A stretch of DNA of 64,000 bases from Felis catus. Lineage: Eukaryota. Positions 50,464-63,452 of this stretch are shown in pieces. Every line of letters starts with the position of its first letter. Position 1 is the stretch's first letter. The position numbers and the translations under genes were made by a program. The stretch spans positions 107,820,001 through 107,884,000 of the forward strand of contig NC_058368.1 in the NCBI RefSeq assembly GCF_018350175.1, read 5' to 3'. Under the pieces are notes generated by a model. The model was not told the DNA's origin, ran no database searches, and saw only the letters and a program-made list of their open reading frames with translations.

Positions 50464-51082
50464 TAAATATTGGCTATTTTTGTTTTATGCATTTCTATCT
50501 AAATCTTAGAATTATCTTATCATTGTATATAAAATTACCTCCTGGGATTTTGATTGAAATTGCATTGAATCTATAGATCAGTTTATGGAGAAATTATATA
50601 TTTACAATATTAAGATCTCTAATACATGGCCATACGTACATAGAATACATAATCTTCTATTTATTTAGGTCTTCATTGAATTCTCTCAGTAGGGGTTTTA
50701 TAATTCTTTCGTTAAGTTTATTCCTTAATATTCAAGACTTTTAATGTTGTTATAAATAGTATATCTTTTAAAGTTTTATTTTCTAGTTGTTTAAAAAATC
50801 AATTTTATATTAGCCTTACATCCAAGTACTTGCTGAGATCACCTTTAATTCCTGATTGTAAATCTTTTGGATTTTCCACATAGAAAATATGTAATTTATG
50901 AATTATGACTACTCCTTCTTTTCAAACCCTTATAATTTTTACTTTTTCTAGCTCATATCATTTCTTAGAAACTCCAGCACAATTTTTAATGGAGGTAGTG
51001 ATATCAAGCATCATGATCTCATTTCCAGTTTCACAGAGAAAGCTTTTATTATTTCACCATTGTTGTTCTCTGTAGTTTTTAT

Positions 51083-51246
51083 GTTAGTACTACTTACTAC
51101 TTACTTAGTAGTTAGTACTACTTACTAGTTAGTACTACTTACTAGTCCTACTAACTAGTTTACTAACTAGTTAACTTACTAGTTAGTACTACTTACTAGT
51201 ACTAGTTAGTACTACTTACTAGTACTAGTTAGTACTACTTACTAGT
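51083..51246. repeat. Complex minisatellite, unit GTTAGTACTACTTACTA x6 with inverted inserts
   Basis: Exact copies start at 51083, 51111, 51128, 51182, 51205, 51228. Confidence 0.92.
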
Positions 51247-51453
51247 TTAAGAAGATTATCCTTAAAAAAAATTAAATTAAATTAAAAAAATAAAAAATTA
51301 AAAAAATTATCCTTTTACTCTTAGTTTGTAAGAGGTTTTTTAAATTTGTTTAGTCATGTATATGTGTTCAGTTTTATAAGTGCTTTTTTCCATATCTATT
51401 GAATTAATCACATGATTAGTTTCTATCCTGTTAAGGTGATAAATTGCATTTGC

Positions 51454-51668
51454 TTTTTTTTTTAAGTTTATTTACTTATTTTGAGAGAGAGTGTGTATGT
51501 GTGTGTGAGTGGGAGAGGAGCAGAGAGAGAGGGAGAGAGAATCCCAAGCAGGCTCTGTACTGTCAGTGCACAGCCCAATGCGTTACTTGATCCCACGAAC
51601 GATCAGCTCATGACCAGAGCCGATATCAAGAGTCACCCACTTAACTGACTGAGCCACCCAGGTGCCCC
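51454..51668 (-). mobile_element. CanSINE
   Basis: Poly-T, body, terminal CCACCCAGGTGCCCC. Confidence 0.9.
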
Positions 51669-51735
51669 TTCTTTTTAAGTGTTAAACCAACTTTGCATTG
51701 CTAGAGTGAATCCTGCTTGGTTATGATATGCTTTC

Positions 51736-51887
51736 TTTTTAAGTTTATTTATTTATTATTTGAGAGACAGAGAGACAGAGAGACAGAGAGAGAATCCCAA
51801 GCAGGCTCAGCACTGTCAGTTTGGGATTAAGACCTGAGCCAAAACCAAGAGTTGGATGCATAACTGACTGAGCCACCCAGGTGACCC
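51736..51887 (-). mobile_element. CanSINE, internally deleted
   Basis: Shortened body; flanks TGATATGCTTT / TGATATACTTT. Confidence 0.85.
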
Positions 51888-51930
51888 GTGATATACTTTT
51901 TAAAATAATTTGTTATTGGGGTTGGTACCT

Positions 51931-52155
51931 TCTTTTTTTTTTAATTTTTTTTTAACGTTTATTTCTTTTTGAGACAGAGAGAGACAGAGCATGAACAGGG
52001 GAGGAGCAGAGAGAGAGGGAGACACAGAATCTGAAACAGGCTCCAGGCTCTGAGCTGTCAGCACAGAGCCCCACGCAGGGCTCGAACTCATGAACTGTGA
52101 GATCATGTCCTGAGCCGAAGTCGGACACTTAACCGACCAAGCCACCCAGGCGCCC
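51931..52155 (-). mobile_element. CanSINE (young feline type)
   Basis: Near-consensus; TSD TGGTACCTT / TGATACCTT. Confidence 0.93.
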
Positions 52156-53702
52156 CTGATACCTTATTTTTTTCATAATGTTTGTATTTATGCTCTTAAA
52201 ATGAATGACCTTTAGTATTCTTTTCTTTTTGGACAGGTTTTTGTAACAAGATTATCTTCACTTCATGTAACAAGTTAGGAAGTATTTGTTTCTTTTCTAT
52301 TCCCTGAAAAACACTATTATTTTTACATGGAAAATTTTACCAGTGAAATCATTAAACTCCATTAGTAAAGGTTTCATTTTTTTATTACAGATTCAACTTT
52401 TAAAGCAAATATAGGACAATTTAGATTTTCTGTATCTTCTTGTGTAGGGTTTGATAAGTGGACCTTTTTAAGCAATTTGTCCTTTTCATGTGAATTTTTA
52501 AATTTTGTGGATAAAGTTAAAGAAAAAATCTTCTTGTGATCGTTTTAATGTTTACAGGATCTGTAATGATGCCCTCTTTTTCAATCCTGATTTTGGTAAT
52601 ATGTGTGTTCTTTTGTTCTCTTTTGAGGTGTTACTAGTAATATCAATTTCATTAGTCTTTTGCAAAAAAAAAAAAAAAAAAAACCCTTGTGTTTTTGTTG
52701 AATTTTTCATTTGTGCATTTTTTTCTATTTTATTCATTTCTGCTCTTCGCATTATCGCCTTCCTTTCAATTTCTTTGAATCAAATTTGTTTCCTTTCAAA
52801 CGTCTTCATATCAGATACTTAAATAATTGATTTTTAGGCTTTTTCTCCTCTATACACTTGGTGACATAAATTTTTTTCTAAGCATAGTATTAGCTCTACC
52901 CCACAAAAACTAATATGAAATATGCTCATCATTGTTCAGTTTAAAATATTTTCTAATTTTTATTACAATTTCCTCTTTGACCTAATAATTCTAAAGTGTG
53001 ATTTAGAATTATTTTGAATAATGTAGAAGTATTTAGAAGATTTTTAGATTTTTTTTGGTATTAATTTTAGCTTCATTCCACAATGGTCAGAACACTCTGA
53101 GTTATTTCAATTATTTAAAACTGTGACAGTTTTTCCTATGGCCCAGGATATTATCGGTATTGGCAAGCTTTCCAAACATACTTGGAAATCATGTCTGTTC
53201 CTTTATTATCAAGCATAATGTTTCATATATGTCAGTTGTAAAGGTCACATTTGTTAATCTTATTCAAACTGATTTTATCTTTAGCAGTGTTTGTCTTGTT
53301 CTATTACTTTCTGAGATAGATGTGCTAAAATTCCTTTTATATGTGTATTTGTCTATTTCTGATTTTAGTTCTATCAGGTTTTATTATGGTACAATTTACC
53401 TTTTGTGTTTTGAAGTTTAGAATTATTACATCTTCCTGGTGGTTTGGCCCTGTTATCATTATGAAAGGATTCTTTTATTTATTTATTTCAAGAAATGCCT
53501 GTTGTTTCTTTATTTTTACAAATGCTACAACAGCTTCCTTTTGGCTTCTTAAGTTAATGTTTGTGATGTGTATATTTTGCTTGTCTGAAAAGTCTTTTAA
53601 TCAAAGCTTTCAGATCATTTACAATTGATGTACTTCCTGGTATATTTTTGCTATATGTCTGTTGTCTAATAATTTGATTTCTGTTCTACCTTCACATGTT
53701 CC

Positions 53703-53923
53703 TTTTTTTTTAAAATTTTTTAAATGTTTATTTATTTTTGAGACAATGTGAGAGACAGAGTGCAAGCAGCGGAGGGGCAGACAGAGGGAGACAGAATCTG
53801 AAGCGGGCTCCAGGCTCCAAGTTGTCAGCACAGAGCCTGACGCGGGGCTCGAACTCATGAACCGTGAGATCATGACCTGAGCTAAAGTCGGACGCTTAGC
53901 CAACTGAGCCACTCAGGCACCCC
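53703..53923 (-). mobile_element. CanSINE
   Basis: TSD core GTTCCTTTT. Confidence 0.92.
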
Positions 53924-54241
53924 TGCAAGTTCCTTTTATGATTCCTTTTTGACCTTGCTTTTATTACATTTTTGTTAATTTCCCTCTCTTGTTATCCATT
54001 CTTTTACTATTCATTGGCTTTACATTTATTCTTTTTTCTTTTTTTTTTTTACACTAGAGGTTATACCATGAATCCTTAACTTTAGAATCGAATATAGATA
54101 ATTCATCCTTAACTTAGAACCTAATAGAAATTAGTACTTTTACCACATCCTAGAAAACACTAGAGCTTCAGATCCTTCTATCACCATTTACTACTATGAC
54201 TTTAAAATTTTTTATTGTATGTAATTTTAATTTTACATATA

Positions 54242-54463
54242 TTTTTTAAACTTTTTAAAAAAATTTTTTAATGTTTGTTTATTTTTGAGAGATAGAGCAT
54301 GAGCAGGGGAGGGGCGGAGAGAGAGGGAGACACAGAATCTGAAGCAGCTCCAGGCTCTGAACTCTTAGCACAGAGCCCAACATGGGGCTCAAACTCACAA
54401 ACCGTGAGATCATGACCTGAGCTGAAGTCAGACACTTAACCGACTGAGCCACCCAGGTGCCCC
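54242..54463 (-). mobile_element. CanSINE
   Basis: Poly-T, body, terminal CAGGTGCCCC; flanks ATATATTT. Confidence 0.92.
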
Positions 54464-54847
54464 TCTATATATATTTCTTAAATCCTACCAAATATTACTC
54501 TTCTTTTATGTGATCAATATTCCTTTAGATTTATGCATATCAGTGCCCATTCTTTTGGTCTTCATCTCTTCCTACAATTTTATATTTCCATCTTGGATCA
54601 GAACCAGTTCTCTTCTCCCTGAAGAACTCCCTTTAGTATTTCTTTTAGTACATTTCTGCTCTTGACAAGCTCTCTATTTTTTTTTCTTTCTGGAAATGTC
54701 TTCATTCCTCCTTAACTTTTAAAAGACATTTTTGCTTTTTATTCCCCTTCTGGTCTTTAGAGAAATCCCACCATATCCTGTGGCTTCCATCATTTCTGTT
54801 GAAGGAAATGTGTCTTTTATTCCATGGCTGGTTTTAACACTGACTTA

Positions 54848-55073
54848 ATTTTATTTTTTTAATTTTTTTTTAACGTTTATTTATTTTTGAGACAGAGAGA
54901 GACAGAGCATGAACAGGGGAGGATCAGAGAGAGAGGGAGACACAGAATCTGAAACAGGCTCCAGGCTCTGAGCGGTCAGCACGGAGCCCGACGCGGGGCT
55001 TGAACTCACGGACCGTGAGATCATGACCTGAGCCAAAGTCGACACTTAACCGACTGAGCCACCCAGGCGCCCC
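54848..55073 (-). mobile_element. CanSINE (young feline type)
   Basis: CpG-rich; TSD AACACTGACTTAATTTT / AACGCTAACTTAATTTT. Confidence 0.94.
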
Positions 55074-55314
55074 AACGCTAACTTAATTTTTAATGTTCAG
55101 CAGTTTTATTATGAGGTACCTAAGTGGGTTTTCTTTGTTATATAAGCTACTGCATGAGGCCATACTGCTTCTTAAATATCTCACTTAATGTCTTTTTACA
55201 GCTTTGGAAAAATCTCAGCCAAAGTCTCTTCACTTACTGCTCTTTCTCCATTCTCTCACTCCTCCCGTGTGGACTACAATTACATCTTATTAAAAGTTTG
55301 TATCATATTCTGTA

Positions 55315-55520
55315 TTTTTTCAAGTGTTTATTTATTTTGAGAGAGAAAGGGAACATGAATGGGAAAGGGGGAAGGGCAGAGACAGAGGGAGAGAGAGAAA
55401 ATCCCAAGCAGGCACCATGCTGTCAGCACAGAGCCCAATGTGGGCTCAAACTCATGAACAGTGAGATCATGATCTGAGCTGAAATCAAGAGCTGAAATCA
55501 CTGATCCGCTCAGGCACCCC
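55315..55520 (-). mobile_element. CanSINE
   Basis: TSD TGTATCATATTCT / TGTATCATACTCT. Confidence 0.9.
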
Positions 55521-57330
55521 ATGTATCATACTCTATATGTCTTCAATGCTCTGTTTTTATTTTCTTTTATCCAGTTCACAAATTTTGATATTTTCTACTG
55601 ACCTTTTTCCCAGATCACACAATTTTTGTCTCGAGTTGAGTTCCATATGCCTAAACCCACTAAATTGAGTTTTAAATTTTAGTCATTGTGTTTTTCTGTT
55701 CTGCAGTTTCCATTTGAAATCTTGTAATTTATTTTCTTGAATACATTAATAATCACAATGTTCTTAAAGTCAGTGACTCATAACTCCAATATTTGGGTCA
55801 ACCGTGTATCTTTTTCTATTTATTTCTTTTGTTTCTTGGTCCTGCTTCTTACTGAATGGGGTATGTTTGAATAAATTTGGGCATTGCATATACACATTTT
55901 GAGGCTCTGGATGATGTTTCTTCCTCCTGGGAAATTTATTTTATCCTCTTGCTAGTGGCAGAGGGGCATGTTATCTCAACTCATTGAGAACCCAAGCCAA
56001 CTTGAAGCTCTTTTGCAGTCTTCGTATGGGTCTTCGAGTTTCTTCCCTGACCCCCAGGGTGAAGCCCTCCAAGGCTCCAACTAAGTGCCTAGGGTGCTTC
56101 CTAAGGACCTTTTTTTCTATAAGCCATGAACTCTAATATTCATATCTCCAATACTTGAGCTTATAAAAAGTTTCACTGTGCTTCTTAACTACTTTTAGCT
56201 CTGCCTGTTAGCCTTTTGCCCCACATCAGTACAAGCCTGTATGATGACTAGTGTCCCATATTGGTTACACTCTACTGTGTCCTTATGTCCCAGGAATATT
56301 GTCTGCCTTACATGCTGGCCCCGCATCTTGCCTCCTTTAGTAGCAGCCTCAAGCCTCAAATTCTCTCTCTCTGTTCCTGAGTTTGTTTAAAAATTCTAAT
56401 GACTTCTCTTTCACCTTTGTTTCATAAGCCTGATACATGTTTCTGAGTACTGCCACATCCCCCAAGAGGAAGAGTGGCATGAAGGAAATTGTTCTTCTAT
56501 CAACTTGCTTCTCATCTTTCTGCAGTGTAGACCTTCATGTCCTGGCTGATTCATTATCAGTGTGATTGTGATTCCTTCAAATAGTTCATTTCTGTCTTTT
56601 GTCCAGTTTTTCTAATTATTCTCAATGGGAGCATTGGCCTTCTGCAAGCCACATCTCCAAGCCAAAAGCAGATGTCTTTGTGGTTACCTTTTCTTTTATA
56701 GGCATGCTTCAGTTAACCGTTGAGTTCTGAAGAGTTTCTTGTTGATTAAATGTTCCAGATCTCAGGATTCCTAAATGCTTTTCCAGGAGTAAGAGACAAT
56801 AATTTTTTATGAAACTAAGCCCTTTATTGCAGATACTACTAAGAGAGTGCACTTACGGAAATGGCAAGGGATGGAAGGAGGTCCACTGCTGCCTTGTGAC
56901 ATAGGCAAAGAGAGGAAGTTTGTCTTTGTAACCTCCTATCTACCTTCTCTTCTTCCCTTTACCAAACTAGCACAATGCCATCCTTTCCAAATTTGCCTTC
57001 CAGGGCATGACCCCAGTGTTCTGTCTCAAACCTCAATAGAATTTTTCCAACAAATACCAGTTACATAGATTACAATATGAATGAGAACTCTTGCCATCAT
57101 ACAATGTGGTCCTATTCCAGAGCTTTCTTCAATGTACCTTGCTTAGGTCATCCTAACACAGTGTTTCCTGCTCCAGGCTATGTTGCTTAATATCACCTCT
57201 TCCTCTCCCCTCCCCCATTTCCTTTCTGTCCTCTGCCTCTTGTTTGTCAATGACTAGAAGGTTAAATTCTATAGCTAATATATAATATAATCTTAATAGG
57301 CTAGTGTGTTACTCTTCTCGATGTAGTTTT

Positions 57331-57542
57331 CATTTTATATTTTTTAATGTTTATTTTTGAGAGAGAGAGAGAGAGAGAGAAAGAGCATGAGCAGGGGGAA
57401 GGCAGCGAGAGGGAGACAGGATCTGAACCAGGCTCTGCATGATGACAGCAGAGAGCCCCACATGGGGCTGAAACTCCAGAATACAAGATCATGACCTGAG
57501 CAGGAGTCCATGGCTTAACTGACTGAGCCACCCAGGTACCCC
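57331..57542 (-). mobile_element. CanSINE
   Basis: TSD TAGTTTTCATT / TAGGTTTCATT. Confidence 0.9.
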
Positions 57543-58409
57543 TAGGTTTCATTACTAAAGAGTTCCGCTGGTTATTGAAAATTTTCTAGTAAAAGGGAAA
57601 GACTTTCACATTATCTCATTTCAGCCTGCATTCTAGTGGGGATAATAGAGACTTGAGGTTGAATTTAGATGGTGAATATTTAATCATATTGTCAACTGGT
57701 CACATCATATATATCTAAGAACTAGCAAGAAGTTTGGTAATTATGTGTTTCATAGTTTAGCATATTTTATTTATTTCTCTTCAGTTCCTGTGGTTTAAGC
57801 CCTGTGTTCATTGGACTTAATAGAACTTAATGTTAACAATTTTTGAGTATGTATGATAGTATTTAGATCAAGTCACATTTTATTATAATGAGTATCATAA
57901 CAATGTGTTTGTTTTTTAATATTTTGCAACACATTTTTCAACGTTGGTGATATTTTAAATCATCCCAGTCAACTGTTGAATCATTTGTCCTTTCATCTCG
58001 TAGTACTTAATTATTCACAGTGTCAGAAATTCAATTTAATTATTTTACAAGGTAAAATTGAATTGCATACCTCATGAGGAGCCTATTATGAATGTCTTGT
58101 ACTGAAGAAATGTGTAGCCTTGTAATAAATTTTGATGACTTCCATACAGAACTATTTAGAACAGTTTTTTTTTTAAGTTTCACAATATAGGAATACTTTA
58201 GTTCTATGTGTGAAGAACAAAAGCAAGAAAGCAGTGTCCTCAGAGGGGTATACGCACATGTCTTTTGGTGAATGTGGAAATGTTATGTGCCTTAATGTGG
58301 TAACATGGGAAGGTATTGAATATCAGGAGAAAGCATGCTAAGATCTATTGCTTTTCCCACAATTTTCTGCAAGAATGTAATAGGGATATGTATACTCCTT
58401 GATGCCTAC

Positions 58410-58900
58410 TTTTTAATAAAAACCTTCTTTATAAAACAAAACACAGATGAAGAAAACTACTTGTAGCATAATGAATATAACACAAAGATTATTATATGCA
58501 GCTTAAAGAATTATTATACCATAATGAATTATTAACAGGTGAATCATCACAAAGTTCAGGAAATTGAGTTTAACCAGCCACTCCAGAAGCTCTTCCACAT
58601 TCCCTATCCCAATCACATGACCTCCTTTCCTTTGTAAAGGTAACCACACTTCTGATTTTCGTAGTAATTATTTCTTTGCATTTCTTTAAACATGATTACC
58701 CAAGGGTGTATCACTAGTGTATTTCTAAACATTTTAATTAATTTCCCCCATTTTAAAAGGTATTTTTAAAGTCTGTTTTAGCCTAAATGCTCCCTCACAC
58801 TTCTTTTTATGTCCTTGCTCTTCATTCATTGAATAACCCAGGTTGTTTGGTCTGTAGAAATCCAACCCTCTGAATTTTGCTGTATTAATTACTTCCTTGG
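58410..58900 (-). mobile_element. Old L1MC/ME-type 3' end
   Basis: AGCCACTCCAGAAGCTC...AGGTAACCACACTTCTGATTTT. Confidence 0.5.
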
Positions 58901-60599
58901 GTGCAGTTTGGCAGTTTGGAAGCCTTGTGAACCTTGAGCTAACATCATTCACAAATATCTGTACATGTCATTTCTAAGATGATGAAAGGCATTTTAATGC
59001 ACCATCACTGAAAAGGAATGTGTATGTTTGTTTCAGATAGGCAGTTTGTATGAAGTTTTTCTGTAATCCTGTTGCGATCATAGTAAATGAATACAGTCAA
59101 GTTTTTGATTCAGTGAAAGTCTAAGATATGTGTAATTACGTGCATGGCCTTGAGTTTCTGAATCTCCTTTCTGATTACTTCACTGTGTTAGCTAGGGAGA
59201 CAAGAGGAGTTAGACAAACATAGTGAATTAATATCCCTTAGGATACCATTTCCCAAAATGTGTGTTGGAGAACATTAATTGCTCTTGATATGTTAATACA
59301 TGCACCCCAAAAAAGTGACTGTAGTTAAATAAGAAAATGCCAAGTCAGAGTACTTATAAGTATATAAAGTTACTAAAAAGTTCTGGCTTAAACAACATTG
59401 TTTAATTCTGGTTAACTTATTTTTCAAGATATCCTTGACCAGAGAAAGTTTTTTAGTTTGTCTCCACTGAATACTTAACAATATCTTGTGATACACTTGT
59501 TTACCATAGATAACTTTAGGACATTCTCATCAGGATTGCACTGAATCTGTAAATCAAACTGGGATCATAGCCATCTTATCAATACTGTCTTCTGATCCCT
59601 GAATGTAGGATGCCTTTCTGTTTCTTTAGATCTTTAATGTCTTTCAACAGTGGTTTGAAGTTGTCAGAGTGTACGTTTTGCACTTCTTTTGTTAAATTTA
59701 TTCCTGCATATTTTATTCTGTGATACTATAGAATTGGAATTGTTTTCTTAATTTTCTCTTTGTATTGTAAATTGTAAGTGTATAGATTTATATAATAAAT
59801 TTTTGTATATTGGGATTCTGTTCTGCAATCTTGTTGAATTTATTAGTTGCAATAATTCTTAGAAGTTTCCCTAGGATTTTTTGTACACACAATCCTGTCA
59901 TGACGTCATTTTATTTCTTCTTTTCCAATCTGGTTGTCTCTGATTTAATTTTATTGCCTAAGTGATCTTACTAGAACCTTTGGTACAATGTTAAATAGAA
60001 GTGGTAAAAGTGGACATACTTGTCTTGTTCCTGATACTAGGGAGAAGGAATTCATTCTTCACCATTAAGTGTATGACTAGGATAAATCCCACTTTGGTCG
60101 TGGTATATAATCCTTCTTATAGATTGCTAGATTTGGTTTGCTAGTTTTTTGTTGAGGAGTTTTACACCTACATTCTTAAGAGATGTTGGTTTGTAGTTTC
60201 TTAAGGTATCTTTGTCAGGTCTGGGTTGTTAGAGCCTCATAGAATGCATTGAGTATTCGTTTAAATATTAGGCAGAATTCAACAGTGAGGCCATCTGGGC
60301 TTGCACTTTCCTTTATGGATAGTTTTCAATTACTAATTTAGTCTTTTTACTTCTTAAATATCTTTTCATTTTGTCTATTTCTTCTTAAATCAGTTTGGGT
60401 AGTTTTTGTCTTTTGAATAATTTTGTCCATTTCAATATATTATCTAATTTATTGGCATACATTGTTCATGGTATTCTTTAATAATCATTTTTGTTTCTAT
60501 ACGGTTGGTAATATTGTTCTTCTCTTTCATTCCTAATTTTAATAATTTGAGTTTTCTCTCTTCTCTTATTGGTAAGTGTAACTAAAAGTTTGTTCATTT

Positions 60600-60882
60600 T
60601 TTCCCAACTTTACTGAGATATAACTGACATATAGCATTGTGTAAATTTAGGGTATACAACGTGTTGATCTGATGCACTTATATATTGCAAAATGATCACC
60701 AATATAGTATTAGCTATACTTCCATCACATGATTATCATTTTCTTTTTTGTGGTAAGAACATTTAAGATCTACTCTTAGCAACTTCCAAGTATAGAATAC
60801 AGTATCGTTAAGTATAATTACTATGCTATGCATTAGATTTCCAGAACATACTTATCTTAGAGCTGGAAGTTTATACTCTTTG
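60600..60882 (-). mobile_element. L1MA-type 3' end nested in older L1
   Basis: ACTTTACTGAGATATAACTGACATA...AAGATCTACTCTTAGC; flanked by AAAGTTTGTTCATTTT / AAAGTTTCTCAATTTT. Confidence 0.7.
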
Positions 60883-61680
60883 AAAGTTTCTCAATTTTGA
60901 TGATCTTTTCAAAAAACCAATTTTTGGTTTCACTAATCTTCTCTATTTGCTTTTATCTCTAGTCTAATCTTTATTATTCCCTTCTTTCTGTTTGCTGGGG
61001 GTTTAGTTTGTCTTTTCCCTTCCGTGTGTTAAGGTGGAAGGTTATTATTCTATTGATTTGGGATTTTTTCTTATTTTTTATTATAGGCATTTATAGCTAT
61101 AAATTTCCCCATGAACCCTGCTTTTATAGCTGCATTTCATAAGTTTTGGTATTCTATGTCTTCATTTTTATTCATCTCAAAGTATTTTCTAGCTCACTTC
61201 TATTTTCTTCTTTGACCCACTGATTATTTAGAAGTGTTTTATTTCATTTCCATATATTTATGAGTTCCCCAAATTTCTCTCTGATGGATTTCTAATTTTC
61301 ATTATTTTTGGAGAATATTATCCGGTTTGTTTTATAGCTTAGCATGTGGTCTATCCCAGAAAATGTGCCGTACGCACTGGAAAAGCATGTATACTCTGCT
61401 GTTGCTGGGTGAAGGGTTCTATAGATATCCATTAAGTCTGGGTGGTTTATAGTGTTGTAGGAGTCTTCATTTCCTTGTTCCTCTGACAGTTGTTCTATCC
61501 ATTATTTAAAGTGAAGTACTGAGGTCTCCAACTAGTGTTGTTGAATTGTTTATTTCTCCCTTCTTTTCTGCAAGTGTTCGCTTCATGACTTTGGTTATTG
61601 GGTACATGTCTCAGTGATTAGGTTTATAACTCACTATGTATTCCTAATAGATTTACCATTTTATAAAAATTTACTCTTTA

Positions 61681-61900
61681 GGGGCGCCTGGGTGGCTCAG
61701 TCGGTTAAGCGTCCAACTTCAGCTCAGGTCATGATCTCACGGTTTGTGGGTTTGAGCCCTGCGTCAGGCTCTGTGCTGACAGCTCAGAGCCTGGAGCCTG
61801 TTTCGGATTCTGTGTCTCCCTCTCTTTCTGACCCTCCCCCCATTCATGCTCTGTCTCTCTCTGTCTCATAAATAAATAAACATTTAAAAAATTAAAAAAA
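61681..61900 (+). mobile_element. CanSINE
   Basis: TSD AAAAATTTACTCTTTA / AAAAATTTACCCTTTA. Confidence 0.94.
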
Positions 61901-62614
61901 AATTTACCCTTTATCAATTGTCTTTATCTCTAGTAATATTTTTTGTTTTAATGTCTATTTTCTCTGATGGTAGTGTAGCCACTCTAGCTGTATTATGGTT
62001 GCTGTTTGCATGATGTATCTTTTTCTATCCTTTTACTTTTAATCTATTTAGAACTTTGAATCTAACAGGCATCTCTTAGACACAGCATATATTAGAGCTT
62101 GTTTTTTTTTTTTAATCCAGTGGACGATCTTTTTTTTTTGCTTGGTTTGTTTAATTTATGCATATTTAGTTTTATTATTGATATAGTTGGATTTGCATTT
62201 GCAATGTTACCTTTTGTTTTCTATACGTCTCATGTATTTTTCATTTCTCTATTCTTCCTTCACTGCTTTCTTTTGCTTAATCATTTTCTGATGTAACATT
62301 TTCATTCCTTTAATGATTTTTCATAATTTTTTGTTGAGTTGTTTTCTTATTTTTTGCTGTAGGGCTACTTCTTAACTTACCAGAATCTTCATCAGATTTA
62401 TATCAGATTCTTCATCAGATTTATATTAACTTAATTCCAGTAAGAGAGATAGAAATGCAGTTTTTGTAGCTCTACTCCATTTTCTTCTGTTTTGTCTTAT
62501 TGTGGTTTTACATATTATATCTCTGTGTATCACAAAATCAACAATGCATTGTTGTAATTATTATTTTATATAATTTTGGATCTTTTCAGGAAGCTAAGAG
62601 AGCAAGGAAAGCAA

Positions 62615-62670
62615 GTGTGTGTGTGTGTGTGTGTGTATAGTGTATATATACACACTTATTATATATATAG
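62615..62670. repeat. (GT)n/(TA)n compound microsatellite
   Basis: Direct reading. Confidence 0.85.
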
Positions 62671-63029
62671 CATTTATTATATCTTATTTAGCAATAAATA
62701 TCTTATTTACCATTTCTGGTTCTTTTTACTTGCTCCTGTGGATTCGAGTTAACATGTAGTGTCATTTCTTTAGTTCAATACAGTTTTGTTTTCATCTTCT
62801 CCTTTTTGCTGTATTTCTATATATTACAAGTCCAACAATATGATTATACACATATTGGGGATTTTCAGTTCTTTTAATTCTGTAATTTTTTTAATCATAT
62901 AATTTTATGATTTGATTTATCAGTTAAAATCATGTAAATTAAGTGATGTTTATTTACATTTAAAATTTCCTTTCACTAAAAGAACATTTACCTTTGAGTA
63001 CCTATATTTTTTTCACTTTTGTGACCCTT

Positions 63030-63222
63030 TATTTTTTTATTGAAGTACAATTAATATGCAATGATATATTAATTAGTTTCAGGTGAACGACATAGTGAAT
63101 CAACAATTCTATACATTACTCCATGGTCACTGTAAGTGTAGTCACCAATCATCACCGTACAACATCATTACAATATAATTGACTGTATTCTCTGTACTCT
63201 ACTTTTCATCTGTGATTTATTC
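63030..63222 (-). mobile_element. Carnivore L1 3'-end fragment
   Basis: TTTTATTGAAGTACAATT...TTAGTTTCAGGTG..ACATAGTG antisense L1 terminus. Confidence 0.65.
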
Positions 63223-63245
63223 AAAAAATTTTTATTGTATAAATA

Positions 63246-63452
63246 GAGGCACTTGGGTGGCTCAGTTGGGTAAGCATTCAACTTTGGCTCAGGTCATGAT
63301 CTATTGGTTCGTGGGTGATAGCCCTGTATGGGGACCTGTGCTGACAGCACAGAGCCTGGAGCCTGCTTCAGATTCTGTGTCTCCCTCCCTCTCTGCTCCT
63401 CACCTGCTCACACTCTGTCTCTGTCTCTCAAAAATAAACAAACATTTAAAAA
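63246..63452 (+). mobile_element. CanSINE
   Basis: Head GGCACTTGGGTGGCTCAG, CT linker, A tail. Confidence 0.9.

Larger units (their letters stand above)
50480..55900 (-). mobile_element. Old L1M relic (ORF2 toward ORF1), heavily interrupted by SINEs
   Basis: GGGATTTTGATTGAAATTGCATTGAATCTATAGATC and further collinear antisense ORF2 motifs. Confidence 0.78.

Noticed and set aside
51083..51246. CRISPR-like array
   Set aside because: Mammalian DNA, no unique spacers (the intervening pieces derive from the unit itself) and no cas genes.
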